Shown here: positions 44,364 to 53,990 of the stretch, piece after piece
Numbering within the stretch: the stretch's first letter is position 1
How the letters are laid out: every line of letters begins with the position of its first letter
From: Candidatus Woesearchaeota archaeon
Lineage (GTDB): Archaea; Nanobdellota; Nanobdellia; Woesearchaeales; UBA12501
Direction: 5' to 3'
DNA length: 64,000 nucleotides
NCBI GenBank assembly: GCA_030651375.1
Contig: JAUSFM010000009.1
Span: 65,345-129,344 of the forward strand
Translations under genes and position numbers: made by a program
The notes under the pieces: generated by a model
The model's input: only the letters and a program-made list of their open reading frames with translations
What the model was told of the DNA's origin: nothing
Databases searched by the model: none

Positions 44364-46088
44364 TTATTTTTCTATCTGGTACACATGTACTTTTTTCCCT
44401 TGAACATCAGAATACGCAAGCAACCCGCCTCTGCTGATGGCCATGGTGCGAACTGTTTCTGCATTTCCCTGATAGTTTTCGGGGTAGAAATGGCTCAAGA
44501 AAGTTCCAGGCTCTCCCCGTTCTGTTGGAAGGCGGTACGCTTTAATGCTGCCCACTTCTTCGTCGGGCATTTTCGTGAGGGCGTACAAGACACCATTATG
44601 GATCGAATGGTTCATGGGAAGGCACCTGCGCTCAATCTCTTTCGGATCGATAAGGGGGAATGGTTTTTGGCTCTCTGTTAATTGCCCTAATCTCCGATCA
44701 ACCGCCATGATATTGGCTGCTTTGAAATATAACCTCTTTCCATCAATCACAATACGTGAACCATCACTCCACTCACTTGTTTTTATGCCACCTGACCAGG
44801 GGTGGTATCTGATGGGCGTTCCAATAATTTGCTGTCCATTTGATGCAGCAATAATATTATTGTGGCTCCGTTCTATCGCATTGTTTGGGCTGAGATTAAA
44901 ATAGAAAACTCCATCTTGTTCAGTAACCTGGCTAATCTCTCGTGGATATTGAAGTATATCTTCTGCTTTGAGCAGTTGTATTGCGCGGTTAAATTTGTCC
45001 TCTGTTTCCGTTATCTCCTGAAGATTAGGAGTGTATCGCTTGACCATCTTATTCTGTCGCGCATTAGCGCCAACAACATACAATGTGCCATCGCTTCCAA
45101 TGCTGAGGCTGCCTTCGAAACTGGTCGTACCTACAGCACCATCAAAGAGTGCTTTCATCCCGGTCTCTATTGTGCGTCCTGAATACGTTGGAAGGGTATC
45201 CGTTCTGATGAGGTAGAGCACCATATCTGCATATTCATGCTGTCGGATGTCATCTTCACTATCTTCTGGCTTTACCAGTACTGCAAGTCTTTGGTCAGAT
45301 AAAAATGCAAGCGCTAATGGTGTAAATTCTGACAAAGTAAAGTCAATGGTCTTATCAGAAAGCAACTTTGGTGGCGACGTGAGGTTGCGTGTGCGTAATT
45401 GTGCATCGAAAGCTTCATGGCGTTTCAATCTTTTCCCTTGTCCTTCTTTTGCTCGATGATATTCGTCTCTCACGCCATCAATGCCCTCTCCGCGGCCGGT
45501 AACACCACCGTCGTCTCGCGTCATAAAACCGAACTCTGATTCAAACATCCCTCTGAAATATCCGACACCGGAATCGCGTGCGAGCAGTTTTTCACGAACC
45601 TCTTGTACTGGCAGCTCGTGCCCGCGTGCTTTGACCAACCCAAAGAGAATCGTACTATCGAGCCACGCGTTTAAATCACTCTCTCCGCCCTCATTCTCCA
45701 ATCCCCTTTCAGCAGTCAGAACGCCGTACTCACGCGGAGATAGGGTCATCATCTTTAGTGCAGCTTCTTCGAGTTGAGAAACATCAACATGGCGAACATC
45801 TATATCAACTAAGTGTGCAACTCGGTCTAATGCAGCTTCTTCTTTTCTAATATGATAATCTAACACATGGGCTAAATCTCGATCTAATATCCCCCTCCTC
45901 GTGAGGTCATCAAAATTTTGGTACATAAGGGCAGGCAGTTCCTGCGCAGTGACTGGGCGTTCCATTGCTGCACTAAGTGCAGGGAGCAGGTCATCAAGTC
46001 TTTTTTTGCGGAGTTCTGTATCCTTAAACTGGTTTCCATACTCAACGATTGCTTTTCGCATTCGAGTGATATCTTCATACGTAACCAT
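44364..46088 (-). CDS. Hypothetical protein with C-terminal beta-propeller-like repeats
   Basis: 574 aa. The C-terminal half has repeated G-S/T-hydrophobic beta-strand patterns (SIGSDGTLYVVG, IIAASNGQQIIG, VLYALT). Confidence 0.4.
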   Translation of the reverse strand: MVTYEDITRMRKAIVEYGNQFKDTELRKKRLDDLLPALSAAMERPVTAQELPALMYQNFDDLTRRGILDRDLAHVLDYHIRKEEAALDRVAHLVDIDVRHVDVSQLEEAALKMMTLSPREYGVLTAERGLENEGGESDLNAWLDSTILFGLVKARGHELPVQEVREKLLARDSGVGYFRGMFESEFGFMTRDDGGVTGRGEGIDGVRDEYHRAKEGQGKRLKRHEAFDAQLRTRNLTSPPKLLSDKTIDFTLSEFTPLALAFLSDQRLAVLVKPEDSEDDIRQHEYADMVLYLIRTDTLPTYSGRTIETGMKALFDGAVGTTSFEGSLSIGSDGTLYVVGANARQNKMVKRYTPNLQEITETEDKFNRAIQLLKAEDILQYPREISQVTEQDGVFYFNLSPNNAIERSHNNIIAASNGQQIIGTPIRYHPWSGGIKTSEWSDGSRIVIDGKRLYFKAANIMAVDRRLGQLTESQKPFPLIDPKEIERRCLPMNHSIHNGVLYALTKMPDEEVGSIKAYRLPTERGEPGTFLSHFYPENYQGNAETVRTMAISRGGLLAYSDVQGKKVHVYQIEK

Positions 46089-46190
46089 GTCTCTAAGAAT
46101 CCTGCTCTTTTATTTAAAGATATATGGTTTCTATTTGATATATGCTCACTCTTTATCACCGACTACCTACCGCACACCACCGACAGCCGA

Positions 46191-47195
46191 TTACACAACC
46201 CACATCTTTCCTTTGTGGTGCACCACATTGACTTTTTTCCCGATGGGGAGCGGGCCGAGGCGAACATTTGAGATGCGCATGGGCTGGTAGGTTTCAGGGT
46301 CCATCACTTCGCCGAAGGGCTTGTTCTTAATCACCGTCGCGAGCAAGGGCTCGACTTTTTCTGCCTTCATCAGTGTGCCTGATTTGGTGCTGGTGCTGGT
46401 ATTTTTTTCAAAATCAAAATACACAATCTGCTTGCCGCGCCGCAGGAGTTTCATAAGCACGCCATCCAGCAAAAACGCGTCGCCTTCTTTCAGCGGCATT
46501 GGTTCAAAATAGATGTTCAGCCGGTACACATCTTTGCTGGTGAATTTGTCCAGCGTAAAGATTCGCACGCTGCTTTTCAGCACGCCGCCGAATTTCTTGT
46601 GCAGCAGCACCCCAATTTTTTTGAGAAACGCCTGTTTGGTAATGTAAAAATCCATGCCGTTCTGCACGCGCAGTTCAGTAGTCGCCTGCGCTCCTTTTCC
46701 TTTTTCAAGGTCGAGTTTTTTCCGGATGTACGCGTACACATCTTCCGGCGCTTTTCGTATCTGCAAAATTCCTTCAAAGTATTGCGTGCCGCTCTTGCCG
46801 CAGTGGTTGCAGATGGTTAAAAAAATCGCGAGCGGTGTAAGGTGGGGCATTTCTTCGCCTTTACGCTGTATCCCCACTTGTATTTCTATTTCAAGTCCGG
46901 GTTTGGGGCTTGCATATGCTTCCTTGAGCCGCTCGAGTTCATGTTCAGGAATAATCACTTTGCCGGTCTCCTGTTTCTTCTGCTTTGCCATCCCTTTTCC
47001 AACTGCTTCGCGTATGATTTCACGGAAACCCTTAAAGGCGAGCCAGGTGTTTTTGCGTTTGTACCTGCGGCAGTGCACGCAAATATCAAGCCGTGTTTCT
47101 AATGGCTCGAGCGGGTTTTCTCGGTGTGCGCACGCAGCGCAGAGCTCGCCTTCAATGTCCTTTTTTCCGCAGCGCGGGCAGAAGTGGGGTCTCAT
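46191..47195 (-). CDS. nmd3: NMD3-family (ribosomal large-subunit export adaptor homolog)
   Basis: N-terminal double Zn-ribbon CPRCGKK...CAAC...CVHCRRY followed by the NMD3 domain. Start moved to MRPHFCPRCG; the track ORF is over-extended to 47360. Confidence 0.75.
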   Translation of the reverse strand: MRPHFCPRCGKKDIEGELCAACAHRENPLEPLETRLDICVHCRRYKRKNTWLAFKGFREIIREAVGKGMAKQKKQETGKVIIPEHELERLKEAYASPKPGLEIEIQVGIQRKGEEMPHLTPLAIFLTICNHCGKSGTQYFEGILQIRKAPEDVYAYIRKKLDLEKGKGAQATTELRVQNGMDFYITKQAFLKKIGVLLHKKFGGVLKSSVRIFTLDKFTSKDVYRLNIYFEPMPLKEGDAFLLDGVLMKLLRRGKQIVYFDFEKNTSTSTKSGTLMKAEKVEPLLATVIKNKPFGEVMDPETYQPMRISNVRLGPLPIGKKVNVVHHKGKMWVV

Positions 47196-47247
47196 TCTTC
47201 TGCGCAGGAAGCAAACCTTTTTAAATCTTTGTTTATAAGCCAATCCC

Positions 47248-47844
47248 ATGAACCGCGCACAACTGGGCACATTTCTCAAAAGGGCATGGCGCTTTCTCTG
47301 GCACGACGAATCGGTCTGGAGCTGGGTTGCCAATGTGGTCATCGCCTTTGTGCTTATCAAATTCGTTGTCTATCCTGGCCTTGGCTGGCTTCTCGGCACG
47401 CCGTTTCCTATCGTCGCTGTCGTGTCCGGCAGCATGGAACATCGCGGCGGATTTGACACCTGGTGGGCAGACCATGAAAAATTTTATGAACAGCATGGCA
47501 TTGCCAACGATGTTTTCAAAACATTCCCCTTTTCCAATGGCTTCAACAAAGGCGACATTATGATACTGCGCGGGCTGAAAAAAGAAAATATTAAAAAAGG
47601 GACGGTGATTGTCTTTCACACATCACGGCTTTCTGAGCCGGTGATTCACCGTATTGTGGAAGTCGGCGATACCGGCTCCACAGTTACCACCAAAGGTGAC
47701 TTCAACAGCCAAAGCCACTCATTTGAGCAGGACATTCCTCTCAACCAAATCATTGGCGAGGCAGTTGTCAAAATTCCTTATCTCGGATACATCAAAATTT
47801 GGTTTGTGCAATTGCTCAACGCCATCGGCGTTGGCTCTTCATAA
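47248..47844 (+). CDS. Signal peptidase I, archaeal/eukaryal Sec11 type
   Basis: N-terminal TM and the catalytic SGSMEH motif of S26B peptidases. Confidence 0.8.
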   Translation: MNRAQLGTFLKRAWRFLWHDESVWSWVANVVIAFVLIKFVVYPGLGWLLGTPFPIVAVVSGSMEHRGGFDTWWADHEKFYEQHGIANDVFKTFPFSNGFNKGDIMILRGLKKENIKKGTVIVFHTSRLSEPVIHRIVEVGDTGSTVTTKGDFNSQSHSFEQDIPLNQIIGEAVVKIPYLGYIKIWFVQLLNAIGVGSS

Positions 47845-47889
47845 CCACCTACCCTAACCACCTAATCATCAAGCAACGGAGGCACTACT

Positions 47890-48210
47890 ATGTTTTGTCC
47901 AAAATGCGGCGGTATGCTGATGCCGAAAAAAGACGGTAATCGGCGCATTCTCGTCTGCAGCTGCGGCTTCAAGGACGTGAAAGCAGAAGAAACCCTCATC
48001 ACTGAAATTAAGCGCGAATCAAAAAGCGTTGAAATAGTTGACATTGACCAGTCAGAGACCCAGTCTCTGCCAGTTACCGACGCGAAGTGCCCACAATGCG
48101 GCCATGAAAAAGCGCACTACTGGATGGTTCAAACCCGCGCGTCTGACGAGCCGGAAACAAAATTCCACCGCTGCAAATCCTGCAAGCACGTCTGGCGGGA
48201 CTATAGTTAG
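47890..48210 (+). CDS. tfs: Transcription factor S / RNA polymerase subunit M (TFIIS-type Zn-ribbon)
   Basis: N-terminal Zn-ribbon CPKCGG...CSCG. C-terminal TFIIS ribbon CPQCG...TRASDEPETKFHRCKSCKHVW containing the acidic DE hairpin. Confidence 0.85.
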   Translation: MFCPKCGGMLMPKKDGNRRILVCSCGFKDVKAEETLITEIKRESKSVEIVDIDQSETQSLPVTDAKCPQCGHEKAHYWMVQTRASDEPETKFHRCKSCKHVWRDYS

Positions 48211-48272
48211 GCGTTGGGTGTTGGCTTTCGGTATTTTGGCGTTGGGTGTTTGGTATCTGGTCGGGGTGACTG

Positions 48273-48518
48273 ATGGATTTTTTTCCGTACCTTTCTGACA
48301 AAAAATCGGTTTCAATTATCGTCCGCCCACGGGCTCCAGAAACAAAAATAATGAAATGGGACACTGAAAAAAATGCGTTGCGCGTTGATGTTGCCGCACC
48401 GCCGGAAGACAACAAGGCGAACCGAGAGATTATCAAATTCTTTTCCAAGCTGACGAAGAAAAAAGTCACCATACTCACTGGTTTGACGAGTAAAAAGAAA
48501 GTACTTCGTATTGCATAA
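48273..48518 (+). CDS. DUF167 (YggU-like) family protein
   Basis: 81 aa. VDVAAPPEDNKANREIIKFFSK matches the APPVDGxAN core of DUF167. Confidence 0.7.
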   Translation: MDFFPYLSDKKSVSIIVRPRAPETKIMKWDTEKNALRVDVAAPPEDNKANREIIKFFSKLTKKKVTILTGLTSKKKVLRIA

Positions 48519-48591
48519 CGATTCTCCACAACCACAAACTTTTTTAATAGTTGTTTCTCTTGTTGGTCTATTCTTTTTTCGAGGTTTTGCA

Positions 48592-49302
48592 ATGGCTGAA
48601 GAACAGGTGATGGATCACGGAAAAGACTATTTTATTCTCGCACGTAAATTTGCAACGGTGTGCACACTCGCTGAACTGGTGAGTCGGCGAAAGAGAGATG
48701 GGGATGCGCGCGCTTCGTATTTCTGGCTTGCGAATTTTGTGGTGTACGACCCCGGCAGCGCCGAAGAAGACAGCCCATATCTCACCGTCTGTGGTGATGG
48801 CCATCTCAATCCGTTTAAAAAAATGACTCATCGGTCCGAGTTTGAAGAACATCTATCTGGTGGCGAATATCCACTCACTCCCGAGCTTGATCATACAGTC
48901 AAAGAAGCTCTTGTTCGCGGAACAGCGGTTCGCATTTCGTACGCAGGGCTGAGCAATTCTGGTGGGCCGCGCCTTGAGTTGCCGTCTAAAAACAATACCA
49001 CCTACCTCATCATTAATCCCCTCGAACTTGTTCGTTTCCAAGAACATCGGCCTTATTTCAATGAGTCCCAGCGTGCTCTGCTTACTGCCCTGTATGGTGC
49101 TCCTCAAGACCACGGCAGAATGTTGATGGATGCAGGCGGCCGGAACACTGCAATCATCATGCTCGCTGAACCATATGTGCGCGAACAGCCGCACCCCTTT
49201 GTGCGCGCGTGCTGGACCAACACGGTGGACGCGGGTTCGCTTGTTGAGCTCTGTGAGAACTTCAAAGAAAATGATGGTTTCATTCTTGGTGTGCTTCGTT
49301 AA
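48592..49302 (+). CDS. Hypothetical protein
   Basis: ORF with coding-like composition. The track start 48511 trimmed to the MAEEQ Met. Confidence 0.35.
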   Translation: MAEEQVMDHGKDYFILARKFATVCTLAELVSRRKRDGDARASYFWLANFVVYDPGSAEEDSPYLTVCGDGHLNPFKKMTHRSEFEEHLSGGEYPLTPELDHTVKEALVRGTAVRISYAGLSNSGGPRLELPSKNNTTYLIINPLELVRFQEHRPYFNESQRALLTALYGAPQDHGRMLMDAGGRNTAIIMLAEPYVREQPHPFVRACWTNTVDAGSLVELCENFKENDGFILGVLR

Positions 49303-49319
49303 ATACAACTACCGCATAC

Positions 49320-52300
49320 TTAAAATTCAAATTTTTTATCCTGCTCTCCTTGTGCTGCTTCTCCTTCTTCAAACAAATATTTTTTCTTGTGCGGCAATTT
49401 CTGTTTCAGTTTTTCAACAAGTGTCTTGCTTTTCTGGCGGACGAAACTCAATGCGTCACTCGCAATGCCCAAACTGCCGATGCTCGTTTTCAGGCGCGCT
49501 GCAGAGTCGCTGTCAAGATGCGTTATTTTCCGGTAGCTGAAACTCCCCAGCCCAAGTGCACCGAGCGTGAGAAGGGTGAGAATCGAGCCCAGTCCAAACA
49601 TGCTAAACTCTCCGTCCTCTTTGACAAATCCAAGCGCTTTTCCAACGCCGGCGATGCGGCCGGTTAGCAGATCGTTGGATACCGTTTCTGTTTGTTCTGC
49701 TGTTGCAGCGCCGGTCACACCATCTCCTCCTGCTGTTTCTGATTCAGTTGCTGACTCGAACGATGATTCTGATTCTTGCGCAGCAGCTTCACCATCTGAT
49801 GATGTTTCACTCGTCGTGCCGATACTGCTTATCGATGCAGGTGCTGATGCGGGCAGGGTGCTTGCCGGTCTGCTCTGCTGCTGACTCTGTGTTGGCCCGC
49901 CACCGCCTCCTCCGCCGCCACCGGCTGCTCCTCCTCCTGTGCTTCCTGTTCCAGTATTTCCCGTGCTACTTGTATTCGGGGCGCTCAGTGAGATATTAAG
50001 TATGCCTTCTTCTGAAAGCTTGGTGAAGAGCACACCATCGCAGGTTGCATTGTACCGATACAGCCCTTCTGCGGTAAAACTCTGCACACGTTCATAGCGA
50101 TTGCTTGCTGCATTGAACGCTGCAATACTCGTGTCGTTGTTGACCGTTAAGAAACAAACCGCATCAGTAATCACCTCATTTGACGTCGAATTGCGGTAAT
50201 TCAGCTGCATCGTCACCGTCTGATTTGGCTGTTTTGGCGAATCACTGCTCAACACAACCCCCGCATTTGGCTCAACGGTGAAGCTGCTGAAATGGTTGGC
50301 GGTAAAGCTGACAGCGTTGTCCGTGCATACCACATTAATGCAGGCCGTGCTGCTATTTTCGCTGCATACGAATCCTGCTGCGCGCACTTTGTCAGCGGCC
50401 GTGTACACTGCTTCTGCGGCGACAATCTTTGTTGGGCACGTCACATTTTTTATGGTCACGCGAGCTGTGTTGTTATATTCACTGCCAAGCATCGTTGTAT
50501 TAACGCTGACCAGCCGATCGCTCAATCGTATCGCATTGTCAAAATCCCTGCCGCGTGCGTCCTTGCCGCCGGTAAAATTGACCGAGCCGCGCTCTTTTTT
50601 CTCGATGAAAAGGTCTGAACCATTTGCGAGATTTGGCGCTGCGTTGAAGTTCGTAGTGTTGCCGTCAAATGTTGCAACGGAAGGAAGTTGGCTCAACACC
50701 ATAGTAAGCGCGGTGCTCATTGTTTGGCTGAGATTGATTATTTTGTTTTGTTTTGTATACGTTCCCGCCTCAACCGTGACGGTGTGCGGCGTCAGAATAT
50801 CATTCACTGCTCCGTATACTCCTTCGACGAGCAGGAAGTTCATTGCACTTACATTTTTTGTGGTGATGGTTGAGCCATTCTGAAGAGTTATAGTCATATT
50901 CGTCAGGAGCGGCTGGCTGTTGTTATTCGTTGTGTTCACGGAAAGGTACCAGTCCAGTTCAACGCTTGTCGTGGTGTTTGCCTCAATTGTTTTCGACGTG
51001 GTTGTTGTGTTAATCAGCTGGTTTCGCCCGCCAAACCCTTTCATGCCCAGCGCGCCGTTTGTTGCAGAATCATTCACCTGTGCATTCGCCGCGCCATCAA
51101 ACAATATGCCCGTCGAGAAATTCGTGAGCGTGCACGATTTCACGCGCGCGTTGTTGGTGGTCATCGCCATCCCTGTTCCCACATTCGTATTCTTGCTGAC
51201 GAATGAAAATCCGTCGCAATCAAGTGTGATGTTGTCTGCTGAAAGCGTCATACAGGTTCCATTTCCTCCATACTCAAGCGACGCATTCATCAGAATGTTT
51301 CGGTTTGGTTTGGTATACTGTTTGCACGCCGCCACAAACGGATATATCGTTATCGTATCCTGCGCAGCAGCAGGAGTTGTATCCGACGCACTGCATGACC
51401 CGTTCCAGTCAATGCTTTTTTCTGTCGTGAAAAACGTGGTGTACTCGTAATATGATGATGTTGCATTGTATACCATAGCATGAGACACATTTTCGATGGT
51501 AATCGTGCAGTTTGCGTTTCCCACAATAGGCGCGCCGGTCGTATTCGTATAATTTGCAAAGAAGGTTATGTCGTCATCAACCGTGCTGTTTTTGCTGCCG
51601 CGCTGCGCATCATTGTCGTCAAAAATAGTCAGCACCGCGCTTGCGCTTGTGGTGAAGTTTCCATAAGCGTCAAAGTTTGTGACGTTAAAGGTGGTATTGT
51701 CTCCTGATGAGCTCATAACCATACAACTGGCACATTTTTTTCCATCGTCAAAAATAAATCCATTAAGCACTGGCGGATTTTTCATCGTGACAACAGCCGT
51801 TGCATTAAGGCGCGGCTCGCGTGAGATGTTGATAATAATGTTTCCCGGCTTGATACTGATTGACTCGTTGAGATTCATTTTCACAAAATTAACCGCGCCG
51901 GGATAGGCAACCAGCCCATCGCCATTTCCAATTTGCGCGCCGGCCAGCATTTCAAGATTTTCCAGCGTTTGCGCAGCGAAGTTTGTTGTCGCTGAATTGT
52001 TGAACTGGCTGTATTTGATCGGCTCTTGAATTGTTTGAACCAGCTCAAGCGCGTCAATGCGCAGGAACGTGAGGCCGGTGCCTGCATCAGCTATTTTTTT
52101 CCCCGTGTTTCTCAACAGCACACGCAGTTCATCAACACGCAGAATACGATTCTGGAACTGCTGTGAGAATTGGTTTGCGAGCGCAACAAGTCCGGCAACA
52201 TGCGGTGTTGCCATGCTGGTGCCTGACAACGTGGTGTACCGATTGTTGTTGCATACTTGTCCGCTTCCGCCGGCAGGGCAGTTTTGCTGTGCCGTTGAAT

Positions 52301-53390
52301 TTATCGATGAGCCCGGCGCGAGAACATCAAGAAGGATATTTCGATTGGTGAATGCTGAAATTGCGTCTGCTTTTGTCGTCGAGCCAACCGCCGTGACATT
52401 GGAAAGGCATGCCGGAAGCGCAATGCCACCCGTGTTGGCGCTGTTGCCTGACGCCGCGAGCATCATAATGCCCTGTCCATACGCCGTGTTCGCCGCGTCA
52501 GTGAACGCAAGAGTTTGTCCATTTGCATCACAGCTTGCGGCGTCGCTGAAGATGCCCGTGCCCAAGCTCATGGTGATGACATCAATGCTGTAATTGTTTT
52601 TGTTTGCAATACAAAAATCAATCCCTTTGAGAATATTCGAGAGATCCGTGCTGCTGTCCTTGCCAAATACTTTGACCGCGACAATGCCTGCGTTTTTTGC
52701 CACACCCACCAGATTATTTCCTCCTGCTGTGGCCGGAGCGTTTGCCGCCACAATGCCGGCAACATGGGTGCCATGGCCGTTTTCATCGGTTGCGTTGCCA
52801 AACAGTTCGGTCTGATTATTTGGGCAGCACGCCGAGCCGTTGTTAGTACAATAACAGTATTGCGCAACAATATTGTTCTTCAGGTCAGGGTGAGTCGGGT
52901 CAATGCCCGTGTCAAGTACGCATACACCTCTCCCTGTCCCGGTGATGTTTGCCCCTCCCACCACTAATTGGTGCACCGTGGTTGCTTTGATAAGCGGTAC
53001 GCTTTGCTCAAGCAGCAGGTGCATTTTCGTGTCAGGAATGATTGCCGCAACGTTAGGATTGTTCTGCAATTCAGCCAGCGTGTCCTTTGGCACGGTCGCA
53101 GCAATCATATTAAGCATTTCAAATGTTTCAATATTTTTTACGCCCGGGGCATCGAGCGAGTCGCTGATGACGCTGTCTTGTTTTTCACGAACACCCTCTT
53201 GTACTGTTGCGAGTGACATTCCTGCTGTGGAAGCAGTCTCTTTGAGTACAATAATCACATCATTGGTTTGCTGGGGGACGAGGTTCACCGCAGTGTCTTC
53301 AGCGGTGCTTCCAGCGGTAAAAAGAGCCAGACTAATAAGTACAGTAAAAAGAACTACCATCCTCTTTTTTTGAATGTCCATCACCTTCAT
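49320..53390 (-). CDS. Giant secreted subtilisin-like serine protease (S8) with Ser/Thr/Gly-rich stalk and C-terminal TM anchor
   Basis: Catalytic triad motifs DTGIDPTHPDL, HGTHVAG and GTSMATPHVAG. More than 40 NxS/T sequons in the ~700-aa extension, poly-Gly (GGGAAGGGGGGGGG), and a TM helix FGLGSILTLLTLGALGLG near the C-terminus. Confidence 0.85.
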   Translation of the reverse strand: MKVMDIQKKRMVVLFTVLISLALFTAGSTAEDTAVNLVPQQTNDVIIVLKETASTAGMSLATVQEGVREKQDSVISDSLDAPGVKNIETFEMLNMIAATVPKDTLAELQNNPNVAAIIPDTKMHLLLEQSVPLIKATTVHQLVVGGANITGTGRGVCVLDTGIDPTHPDLKNNIVAQYCYCTNNGSACCPNNQTELFGNATDENGHGTHVAGIVAANAPATAGGNNLVGVAKNAGIVAVKVFGKDSSTDLSNILKGIDFCIANKNNYSIDVITMSLGTGIFSDAASCDANGQTLAFTDAANTAYGQGIMMLAASGNSANTGGIALPACLSNVTAVGSTTKADAISAFTNRNILLDVLAPGSSINSTAQQNCPAGGSGQVCNNNRYTTLSGTSMATPHVAGLVALANQFSQQFQNRILRVDELRVLLRNTGKKIADAGTGLTFLRIDALELVQTIQEPIKYSQFNNSATTNFAAQTLENLEMLAGAQIGNGDGLVAYPGAVNFVKMNLNESISIKPGNIIINISREPRLNATAVVTMKNPPVLNGFIFDDGKKCASCMVMSSSGDNTTFNVTNFDAYGNFTTSASAVLTIFDDNDAQRGSKNSTVDDDITFFANYTNTTGAPIVGNANCTITIENVSHAMVYNATSSYYEYTTFFTTEKSIDWNGSCSASDTTPAAAQDTITIYPFVAACKQYTKPNRNILMNASLEYGGNGTCMTLSADNITLDCDGFSFVSKNTNVGTGMAMTTNNARVKSCTLTNFSTGILFDGAANAQVNDSATNGALGMKGFGGRNQLINTTTTSKTIEANTTTSVELDWYLSVNTTNNNSQPLLTNMTITLQNGSTITTKNVSAMNFLLVEGVYGAVNDILTPHTVTVEAGTYTKQNKIINLSQTMSTALTMVLSQLPSVATFDGNTTNFNAAPNLANGSDLFIEKKERGSVNFTGGKDARGRDFDNAIRLSDRLVSVNTTMLGSEYNNTARVTIKNVTCPTKIVAAEAVYTAADKVRAAGFVCSENSSTACINVVCTDNAVSFTANHFSSFTVEPNAGVVLSSDSPKQPNQTVTMQLNYRNSTSNEVITDAVCFLTVNNDTSIAAFNAASNRYERVQSFTAEGLYRYNATCDGVLFTKLSEEGILNISLSAPNTSSTGNTGTGSTGGGAAGGGGGGGGGPTQSQQQSRPASTLPASAPASISSIGTTSETSSDGEAAAQESESSFESATESETAGGDGVTGAATAEQTETVSNDLLTGRIAGVGKALGFVKEDGEFSMFGLGSILTLLTLGALGLGSFSYRKITHLDSDSAARLKTSIGSLGIASDALSFVRQKSKTLVEKLKQKLPHKKKYLFEEGEAAQGEQDKKFEF

Positions 53391-53426
53391 TTACTGCCTC
53401 GTTCGGCAGGGAATATGTATCCTTTT

Positions 53427-53462
53427 TCTTTTATAAATCTTGTGAAGATAGGTTTATATATG
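53427..53462. promoter_or_regulatory. Divergent promoter region with TATA-like boxes (cttttataaatc; ggtttatatatgg)
   Basis: The second box lies about 22 bp upstream of the + strand gene at 53483. Confidence 0.35.
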
Positions 53463-53482
53463 GCCACCTGTCCCGCTCCACT

Positions 53483-53980
53483 ATGCGACCTGAACTTGAA
53501 ACAAAAACCCTCGTTAACCGGTTAAAAGATACTGACATTGGCAAGGCAGGAGTATCCCGCCCTGAATGTCAACGCATGATAGCAGATGTTGTGCGTGAAT
53601 ACGTTGAAACAGCGTATGCAGTGACTAGTACAGTCATTGCACGGGCGCTTGAGGAATTACGCAACAATGCTGATTACCGCGCTGAAGGAAGAACCCCATT
53701 CTGGACACGCTCCGCCACTGACTGGGACCTCTCTCGTTTTACCAGTGCACAACGAAATCCCTATCTCACCGTAGTGCCGCATAAAAAAATTGGCGATGCT
53801 GCACGCTATTTTATTCAGAAAAAAAATCCAGGTATCTCAGTTGATATCAGCTGGTCAAAAGACCATGCCAGCGCTTTTGCGCAACAGCTCATTTATTATC
53901 GGGATGATACTGCGTTAGAACTATACATCAACAAACATTTCAGGCCAAAACGCATAATCTACCAATTTCGCGAGAGTTAG
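53483..53980 (+). CDS. Hypothetical protein
   Basis: 165-aa ORF, no motif. Confidence 0.35.
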   Translation: MRPELETKTLVNRLKDTDIGKAGVSRPECQRMIADVVREYVETAYAVTSTVIARALEELRNNADYRAEGRTPFWTRSATDWDLSRFTSAQRNPYLTVVPHKKIGDAARYFIQKKNPGISVDISWSKDHASAFAQQLIYYRDDTALELYINKHFRPKRIIYQFRES

Positions 53981-53990
53981 TTAGCTGTCG

